DNA of 64,000 nt from Phoronis australis. Taxonomy: Eukaryota; Animalia; Phoronida. Below, one piece after another: positions 56,001-64,000 of the stretch (its first letter is position 1; every line of letters starts with the position of its first letter). The stretch is taken from positions 1,113,119-1,177,118 of the forward strand of contig NMRA01000021.1 in assembly GCA_002633005.1 (NCBI GenBank). Reading direction: 5' to 3'. A model generated the notes under the pieces. The model was not told the origin of the DNA. It ran no database searches and saw only the letters and a list, made by a program, of their open reading frames with translations. Made by a program: the position numbers and the translations under genes.

Positions 56001-59000
56001 CATGTCTTTACTTTGTTATGGAACCTGATAATGTGGAAATTGTCTATCAGCTTTTGTTGAACTTTGATATTCATAGAACCATGGATGTGAGTTACACAAC
56101 TGGAGAAAAACAGTTGCTGGCGATAAACCTGAAGTGAGTATTATATCCGTAATGGAGTCTTCTTCCATTTTCAGTTTGGTTGGCTACGGCTTTTACTCCT
56201 CCTGGGGGCTTAGGATATGTGCTCCGAATGATTTGCGCTTTCAAGATTTTTTTGGTGGTGCATTTAAAAAACACAGCAATCTTGGCCTTGATGACTTCTG
56301 TGCCTCCCCTGTAGTGCTTATTTTCCTGCAAATAATACCATCCAGCATTTCCTGGTGTTTGTTCAGCAGTGTCATTTGGACCCTTGCTGTACATGCCAAA
56401 AAGTTGGGCAAAAAAATTTGCCAATATTCGACAAAATTTGGTCACAGTTGCTCTTTTTTGGTTTTAAAGGCTTCTAAAATTGTTGCGAATGTGCACAATA
56501 TCAGAAAATATTGTCTAGTGGGTAGCTAAGTTAGAGAACCTATAACGTAGCTTTTATTTTTTGTTTCGTGTCTGTTAATGTAAAATATCAAGTGAATAAA
56601 GTTCCACTTGTCCAACATGTTGTGTCATGTATTAGTGAGGTTATAACTTATCCGGGACACAGCGACCCCAAACAATGGCTGAGGGTATGCGGCTTTCATT
56701 GTCATGGTAACTTTCTGTACAATCGATCGGGAATGACGGGGAATTTGCCGCAAAATTTGCAAGGTGGAAACGCTGTTCTATTTTTAGAAGTTTTTCGAAA
56801 TGACCAGTCATGGTGAATGATTACTAGCCAGTTTCGCTGTAAAGCAGTAACTGTTGCCATAGCGACTTTGGTAGTGGCATTTTACCCAATTAGAGTATAA
56901 TTGGATTGCAGTGTAGTCTAATTGGTACCGATGTCATTTTTATGCTCAGTAATACACGTTTTGTTGAAATAAAACCGAATGCTGGTTATTAGTGTTCATG
57001 GGTGGCGTTTGGAAATTGCTAATTAAATAGTGCTGTTTTGATGCCAAGTTGTGGAAGTCTGATGGAAAACAGTGGACCGCATGCGACCTCCACAATCTGG
57101 GTCTTGCAGAACCTCAACTCCTAAACGCCTTTCATCTTTCTCTCAGTTGCTTCGTCTTAATTTTAGGTGGGCATAGTTTCATAGTTATGTGCAATGTCCA
57201 TAGTTTCATGGTTACATATAATTATATTTTCTTTATTTGTGAGATCACCCCCAACGCGTATACAAACCAAGAATCTTGGAGGTCACAGCCAAACTTCACT
57301 GCTAGCAGTGCTTAATGTCACATACGACATATTAAAATAGCCTATTTAAGCGGTAAATTCTCCGGTTATGGTGTCGACCAATGTCTAGCCGGCAAATGCA
57401 AGAATTGGCAATTTGTAATAAAATCTCAAAAACAGCAGAATTTTTTGTGTTTTGTAGCTCTGGTCAAATCTAATAATTTCAAAATATCTCCCATCCAACA
57501 ATTATCACTTAATATGTTTTACCAGTAAAAAGATAACGTCCCTTAACAACTTAGCACCTGTCTCTTGGTTTGTTGGAAATTTTTCACCGCTGAGTATGAC
57601 CTTGTGAGGTGGTTATCTAGTTCATTTTTGTTTCACAGTCTTAATTTCAATAGTATTAGATAAATACATAAGATGGCACAACTGTACATAAATTGAATTG
57701 CGTATTACATCTGGGTAACAGTTAGTCATCAAGCCATTTGAAGTCATTGAAGGTAGAAACATTTGACTTGTAACTAAACATACTTTCTACTACGTAATTG
57801 TCCTGTTGCTTTCAGGTTCTCCTTTAAGTTGGCTATACACTTCTGGACGTCACAGCTGAACGTCACTGTGAAGGGAACATGCCCCAACTCTACTAAATCC
57901 ATTGATAAGGAGTTTGAGATGAGGACTTTGCCGTTTGAGGCTCCGGAGGATTTCTCCTACCACTGCAATGCTGTGCCGACTTTAATGTCGACACCCAACG
58001 AACGTTTTAAGCTCAACTTGGAGTTGAAAAACTTCCAGGTAAACTCTCATTGCTTGTCACCTGGAGTTGTGATCTGACCATTGTTATGTGTGTCAAGTTT
58101 TGTAAAAAACTGAAGGATGAGATTACTTTAGCACCCAGGCGGCACACAAAACGTTGCCAAACTTCACCAATCTTTTTGAACTCTGCTTTTGTTCTCACAC
58201 AAGTGCAAAAGACGAAAACTTACTTTGAGATTTCGTCAGTTTAGGATAGAGTTTAGCAGACAGGTGCAATTTCAGTGCATCAAGTTTCTTGAGAAAAATA
58301 GCTTTTAAGTAATTGTAGGCTCAAAATTTAACTTTTTTGGCAATTTAATAAGCCTTCGAGAAATGAGTCAATATTAGCAATTATTTTTGTCCCAAATTTT
58401 AGTTGGAGTGTTTCATAATTTCTGTTTTACTCCTCCAACTGTCCATCTCAAAGTCATCTTTGGTCTGCTGTATAGCATTCTAGCAAACACTACATTAAAC
58501 GTGGTATCTGGAAGTTTCATATCAATCTTTGCAGTCATTTATGAGATAATTACAGTTTTCCAAAGTATGTCAACTATCATCACTATTACAAAACTATTAT
58601 CATCGTTATCATAGGCGGATTTAGGTGGGCAGGGTCCGGTCCCCCCCTTGCCTGACGCAAAAAATAAAACAACAAGAGCATGGGGAACTATTGAGTTGAA
58701 ACAAGATTTAACAATGTGTGCAGTTTTAGTTTGTGTGTGGGGGGGCTCACACCCCATTGCAAGGATCCGATTCAGACCAGCGGCGCAATCATTTCTCTGT
58801 TTTGTTTTTTTCTTTTAGTCCTGTGCTTGTTTTTTGGTAAAAGGTCTGCATACCCAGATATTGGAGCCCCCTATAATTTAGTTTAGGCTGGCGATTTCCA
58901 GAGACAAAATATTGGGCCCTCCTTATGATATCCTAGATCCGCCACTGATTATTATTATCAATTGTCTTTAACATTATTGATATTAATACCACAGTAATTT

Positions 59001-59275
59001 TATTAAATAAATATTATTATTTTTATAGCTGTTTATTATAACAAATTCTGTTTTTGCAGATACAGCCTTTTAACGTGAAAGACTTCAAGTTCGGTCGGCC
59101 GAACGAGTGCATTGGTTTCTTCACCATCCCCATCTTCATGGGTCTATTGGTGGCACTGGTGTTGCTCATCATCACCTTGTTCGGGGTCTGCATGCTGTCC
59201 GACATCAAGACCAACGACCAGTTTGATGATCCCAAGGGCAAGACTATAACCGTTGAAGTCAAAGAAGGAAATTAG
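46985..59275 (+). CDS. ATP6AP1: V-type proton ATPase subunit S1 (Ac45), 9 exons, 441 aa
   Basis: Exons 46985-47085, 49920-50046, 50580-50654, 53501-53714, 54610-54686, 55338-55573, 56077-56133, 57816-58038 and 59060-59275 total 1326 nt, in frame. Features: signal peptide plus VPVLLW, LSLEDFTKYG, GRHLL, FSYHC, NFQIQPFNV, C.GFFTIPIFMG, TM helix and DQFDDPKGKTI. Confidence 0.92.
47729..48044. other. Assembly gap (316 N)
   Basis: Run of N. Confidence 1.
47732..48526. mobile_element. hAT-like insertion (left part in the gap) splitting a tRNA-like repeat
   Basis: Right end GTCGAGCCCTG followed by cctaagca; cctaa is visible just before the gap. Confidence 0.45.
48648..48785 (-). repeat. tRNA-derived repeat unit; a second copy is split at 47662-47728 plus 48527-48600
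   Basis: A-box-like TGGTCGACTGG and B-box-like GGTTTGAAAC on the minus strand; no intact cloverleaf. Confidence 0.5.
49095..49290 (+). mobile_element. tRNA-derived SINE
   Basis: Head ggcagcgtggtc..., B box GTTCAAATCCC, followed by a ccttgag core-like segment. Confidence 0.55.
49920..50046 (+). CDS. ATP6AP1: ATP6AP1 exon 2
   Basis: Acceptor ttccttatttcag; VPTVFKPALAGHTL...SIVIFTQNE; donor gtacag. Confidence 0.88.
50580..50654 (+). CDS. ATP6AP1: ATP6AP1 exon 3
   Basis: LSLEDFTKYGNVYSSGDSDVFKNVK; tttttccag / gtaagg. Confidence 0.92.
50864..51681 (-). mobile_element. PIF/Harbinger-type MITE, copy 2 (inverted)
   Basis: Same TIRs, TSD TTA; in ATP6AP1 intron 3. Confidence 0.85.
51703..52870. mobile_element. 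Non-autonomous DNA transposon with CAG...CTG ends
   Basis: TIR CAGGGTTACCC / GGGAAACACTG, flanked by AGAGTG on both sides; internal 4x AAATGATCGCT repeat. Confidence 0.6.
53501..53714 (+). CDS. ATP6AP1: ATP6AP1 exon 4
   Basis: KYMMEPSSISIPAV...NLIIVTLP...DELTTN; cttttctcag / gtatgt. Confidence 0.88.
54610..54686 (+). CDS. ATP6AP1: ATP6AP1 exon 5
   Basis: DKVVGTVIDIVGSNFVALYTGQQPSD; ttgcttgcag / gtaagt. Confidence 0.88.
55338..55573 (+). CDS. ATP6AP1: ATP6AP1 exon 6
   Basis: LYYFPESEFSGRHLLAVD...KCSNDSGAI; atttcag / gtaagt. Confidence 0.85.
56077..56133 (+). CDS. ATP6AP1: ATP6AP1 exon 7
   Basis: TMDVSYTTGEKQLLAINL; attcatag / gtgagt; phase 2-2. It could be skipped without a frameshift, so support is weaker. 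Confidence 0.65.
57816..58038 (+). CDS. ATP6AP1: ATP6AP1 exon 8
   Basis: FSFKLAIHFWT...APEDFSYHC...LELKNFQ; ttgctttcag / gtaaac. Confidence 0.92.
58610..58947. mobile_element. GGCGGAT/ATCCGCC-terminated MITE; relatives at ~28690-28838, 42700-42838 and 21448-21590
   Basis: Inverted ends cataggcggatttagg / cctagatccgccactg; G- and C-runs inside. Confidence 0.6.
59060..59275 (+). CDS. ATP6AP1: ATP6AP1 exon 9 (TM helix and cytosolic tail)
   Basis: IQPFNVKDFKFGRPNECIGFFTIPIFMGLL...DQFDDPKGKTITVEVKEGN*. Confidence 0.95.
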   Translation: MQPFNVKDFKFGRPNECIGFFTIPIFMGLLVALVLLIITLFGVCMLSDIKTNDQFDDPKGKTITVEVKEGN

Positions 59276-59363
59276 TCCCTGAAATCAGTTTCAGGAAACT
59301 TGTTTAAAAATGCTCTCGAAACTAGATTCTTGAAATTGGCTTTTTCATATTGCAACAGGGTTA

Positions 59364-60159
59364 GGGCTGTTCCAGTAAAATCCGTGTGGGAGGGGGGGGG
59401 ACGGCAGTAGAAATAAAAATTCATGGGTGGTGGTCTTCAGAAAAAAACACAAATTATGGGTGGTCTTTCCTGTACGAAGTGATGCATTAAAAATGGGTGG
59501 TATTTTTTGTCCTGTTAATGTTGACACGTTGGTTACTTCAGCCCTCTAAACTCAAAAAAAGCCAATACAAAAAAGCCCATATTGCCAGTGAACAGAGTGT
59601 GATATGTTCACTTAGCCATTAATCAAGTCATGGGCAACTTGATTTGAGCCAACTGTTTGTCTGCAGTCCTATTGAATTGAAAAGTTATGCAACACTAAAC
59701 TGGTGTTAACACATATAAGAAAATTGATGATTTTTAAATAAAAATTATGAGGAGTAAGATAAACAAGTTCCAATATTCACTTAACATAGACGTATAAAAG
59801 ATATCGTGGAGACAGTTTGAGATTCATAGATCCTTATAATTGAAAAAATGTTCATTGAAATTATAGACACATGGTGAACAGAGACACCTGGTGGCTGCCA
59901 AAAGTATTGCTCACAGGCTACTTTAGTTTTTGACAATATTGGACAAGACAACTAGTTCTTGTCTGTCAATCATCCAAGTTCTTAACAGGTCCTCCTGGAG
60001 GCAGTTTGTTTGCAAGTGTTGGCTTTTATATTTTAACCTATTAAAAATAATTAAAAAATTATGGGTCATGGGTTGGAGAAACAAATGAAAAATATGGGCA
60101 GTGGGTACGAAATAAAAGTGCCTTCCCCCCCTCCCATACAGATTTTGCTGGAACAGCCC
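59364..60159 (+). mobile_element. PIF/Harbinger-type MITE, copy 3
   Basis: Same TIRs, TSD TTA; 88 bp downstream of the ATP6AP1 stop. Confidence 0.85.
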
Positions 60160-62561
60160 TTACTTCTTTTTAAAAATATGATTTTCTTTGATCTACATCT
60201 TACAAAAACTTGAGTCAGTTGTGAAAACTGTTGAATTTGGTGTGGGTTATAAGAAATGGAAAACAATGATTTTTGAGGGATTGCTTTAAGGTTTTTGCTC
60301 AAAATTGCAGTTTCCATGTCACTACCTGAGTGGCTTTACATATCACTAGTTCCATTGGTCCTCCGCCTGTGCTGCTGCCTCTTGGCGTGTTTAGTAACTT
60401 ATCCATAACATTCTGTATGATACATTTGACTTCGAGCTCATTGAAAGGAATGGAGGGCCATGTCATAAAAAATCTCTATTGCTCGAGTATTTGTTCTAAG
60501 TGGATGGATTTTAGGACATCTATAGTCGAAAGTTGCTAATAGTGATGTCACTGGTGATTTAGACGGGGAGAAGTATAATTTGCAGGAAGTCTGACATACA
60601 AAGCATATTTGGATGTTCCACTGCCTACAGTCCCATGGTGCTGCTTTATCAAGTCGCCTGTACACCACAAACCAAAAATATTCTGACAAAATGACCTCTT
60701 ACTGAGAATGAAGGGTAGTTAACAATTTGGTGGCTAAACCATTATGTAATTATAATTGTTATGTTTGGTTGCTTTTGTGTTTACTGGATTTCCAGTAATG
60801 TCTTGCCAACCAGACCTGTACTAGATTGTTCTAGAAAAGATCATAGTGCTGTACAAGCCAAACGTATTCAGGCAAATTGACGTGAAATTTCCCGCTGCAA
60901 AAGCTGGGTGGAAGCCGATTTAATTGCTAGAGTAACATTTCCTCACAACCGAGAATGAAGGGGAATAAACAGGATAGTTAGGTGACTAAGCGTTCTGCTA
61001 TCACTTGTGATGCTCGTTTCCTGTCATTTTTGTTGTTAACGGAATCTGCCGTCATGACGGAAATTCTAGTTTGTCTGAATACTTTTGTCATGCATACGAG
61101 ACTTGATTTGAAAATTAGCCAGCTGCACTGTGCACTTTGCATAATCATTCAAATGTCATACCTTGTGGTTGGGCAGTTTTGAAGTTGAGCTTAATGAATT
61201 AAATATTCCTTATCTTGGCGACGTTCAGGATATAGTTTACATTTCATGAGTAGCCCACCGAATGTTCAGTTATGTGTATTAGTTTTCGAAAATGAAAACG
61301 GCGCCAAATTAAGTTTTAGTAGGAAAAAAATGATCTTTTGGGATCACGATCCAAATGGATGGCCGTGAAGGATTTGTCTGAAACATTTGCTGTACTAGTT
61401 AATATGCTAAAACTGCAGGTATGCAAGCTGTCATGTAGGAGGTCCTACACCTGTACCATGTACTGAGATGACTGTACATTAATTCCTACAAAGGATGCAT
61501 CGTAAGCAAATACATCGATTGGTAATTAATCATTAATTAAGTGTTGTAGATTTGCAATTTGTGCCCTGATATGGTTAAATTACTCTGTTGAATTTGGTCT
61601 GCGGATGATGTTATCTATTTTGTGACTAATGTAATTTGTGTTGCCTTATGTCCACTCAGTAGAAATAGAGAAAATACTGTGTCAAGATACATGGTTATTA
61701 TTTTCACATTGGGAAGGAAGCTCATTTGGTGTAGGTCAATTGAATAACTATTATCCAATTTGGTTATGTCACTGGTCTGGCATGATGTTTTCAATAGGCA
61801 AACACTACCCTAACAGTGTGTGTTGATTAACCTTTCCAGTTCCCAAAGGCAGTGATTCACATGATAGTAGCTGTTGTGAAAACACAGTTGTCCACTGTGG
61901 CTCTGTTGACACAGTCCAGGTTCACTCGCCCCATTTGGAGGTTTGTCAGATTCAGATGATGTACAAAATGCCGATTCTAATAGATTCTAGTTTCAATTGA
62001 GCTTGGTGTTGATCTTTACAGTTGCCTCTCATTTGTTCCACACACTCGTGTTTCGTTGTTTAACCAATTCCACTTGTATTCCTGAGTATTTAGCAGACAG
62101 ATCAAAGTCAAACTGGTCGTAATATGGACTTTAAAATTTGGGGACTTTCTTGAATTTTTCGGAGACATAATGGTGATGATGGGTAGAAAGACCGTGAGAG
62201 AAGTACTGTGGTGCTTGGGTATGTTGTTTTCGGAAGTGGTCGTTGAAAACAGGTGTAAAATTGAAGGGATGAGGTATTAACAAAGGGAGTATTACTCTTT
62301 TTGAAGCCGTTTCTGAGCAACGTGCAATTTTTATGCGCCCACGGCAGTATCTCCTCAACCCCTTGCAGGATGTTATTGAAGTTTTGCAGGTGTGTTCCCA
62401 CATGTATGTCGGATGACGAGTTGGGGACCGACCCGAATACTGCTGTACCCCTAGTGGCTATTTTAGTTTTTTACATTTGCCTCTGTATCTTCGAGTTCCT
62501 CCACCGATTTTCATGAAATTCGGTAACTAGGTTTTTAATATGGAGGCAATGATGCCATCCC

Positions 62562-64000
62562 ATTTTTATGCGCCCTCATATTTATATGTGGAAGCATTAT
62601 GCCATCATCTCCGTCTGTCCCTCTGGCGTACGCTGCTCTATCCCCAAAACCCCTTCACGTATGTTCATGAAATTTTGCACGTGTTCATTCCGTGGATGGG
62701 ACGGCATGAGCGAACTTTCGGGCGGCTCCGACAACCGGTGTGCCCCCTAGTGGCAATTTCATTTTTTTACGCTCACCTCTGTATCTTCACAATTCCTTAA
62801 CGGATTTTAATGTAATTTGGTATGTAGGCACCTATCAGTGAGATGACGCGATCCTTCCATTTTCGGAAGGATTCAACATAGTTTGTGCCACCTAGTGGTC
62901 GTTTTTACTGTTTTCGAGTCTATCAGCCAAACCGCTTGAAGGATCGGATGATTGTGAAAATTAGCACGAATGTTCTAACTATGAAGTTTACGCCTGACGA
63001 TGATTTTCCGACAACTTTGACTACTGTGGCGCCTCCTAGTGGCAGTTTTTTTTTTGCGTCTATGGCTGTGTCTCGTAAACCGTTCGCAGGATCTTTATGA
63101 AATTTAGTAAGTATAATTATACGATGTTACGGACGATGACGACTTTCGGACAGAACTGACTACTCGTGTGCCACCTAGTGGCAATTTTATTTTTTTTACG
63201 TTTACCTCTGTATCTTCAAAAGTCCTCTACGTATTTTCATAAAATTTGGCATACAGGCATTTGATAATGAGGTGACGCTATTTCACCTTTTTCAGATGAA
63301 TTCGACCTAGTATGCGCTACCTAGTGGCCATTTTTACTGTTTTCGAGTCTGTTTTTTGGTGTCCACTCATCTATCAACCAAACCGTTTTCAGGAAAATTG
63401 TGAAAATTGGCATGTATGTTCTTACTACGGACGGCAGACGATGATTTTCTTACGACTTCGTCTGCTTGGTCGCCTCCTAGTGACAGCTTTGTTTTTTTGC
63501 GCTCATGCCTGTATCTCCTAAACTGTTTGCAGGATCTTTACTTATTTTAGCAAGTGTATTTATATGTTGACTACGGACGACCACGATTTTCAAAAAGCTC
63601 TGACTACTGGTGAGCCCCCTAGTGGCAATTTTAGTTTTTACGTTCAACTTCAAAGCTTCAAAGGTCCTCAACAGATTTTCATAAAAAATTAAATATAGGC
63701 ATCTGTTGGTAAGATGACGCTATTTTCCTGTTTTGGATGGAATCTAGATATTTTGAGCCACCTAGTGGCCATTTTTTCTGTTTTCAAATCTTGTTTTTGG
63801 CGTCTACCCCTGTACCAACCAAATCATTCTAGGGATGGTTTTAAAACTTGGTGTGTGTTCTTGGTATGAAGAGGACGTTTGATGATGGTGACTAACTACT
63901 GTGGTGCCTCCTAGTGGTAGTTTTGTTTTGTTTTGTGCCCATAGTTGTAACTTCAAAACCCATTGCAGGATCTTTATTAAATTTAGTAAGTGAATTTATA
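62562..64000 (+). mobile_element. HINE/DINE-1-like element, copy 3 (runs off the window); related fragment at ~62326-62560
   Basis: TTTTTATGCGCCC start, short inverted repeat, ccgtctgtcc vestige and nine ~145-bp repeat units. Confidence 0.65.

Noticed and set aside
62108-62403. Two overlapping 90-97-aa minus-strand ORFs
   Set aside because: They overlap repeat-like sequence and a HINE-like fragment; no protein signature.

Overview
AT-rich animal genomic DNA with spliceosomal introns, probably a marine invertebrate (lophotrochozoan-like; this is an inference). It has a 316-N gap and two single-N joins. Four protein-coding genes can be reconstructed by hand. (1) On the minus strand, an IL-17-receptor-like ectodomain gene: six phase-consistent exons from 33139 down to 2506, running off the left edge, with one exon present twice across an N join. 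(2) An intronless PPP2R3C at 35586-36935 (+). (3) RPS23 (-; 4 exons, 143 aa, 5'TOP). (4) ATP6AP1/Ac45 (+; 9 exons, 441 aa), head-to-head with RPS23, with only 96 bp between the start codons. The RPS23 introns hold a clear SNORD33/U33-like box C/D snoRNA and several unexplained structured or rRNA-antisense elements. The rest is transposon-derived: a Helentron/DINE-1-like element whose ~145-bp internal repeat carries CTCF-like motifs, three copies of a PIF/Harbinger MITE, a solo LTR, LINE fragments, Tc1/mariner-type MITEs and tRNA-derived repeats. All comparisons to known proteins and RNAs are from memory; no search was run.
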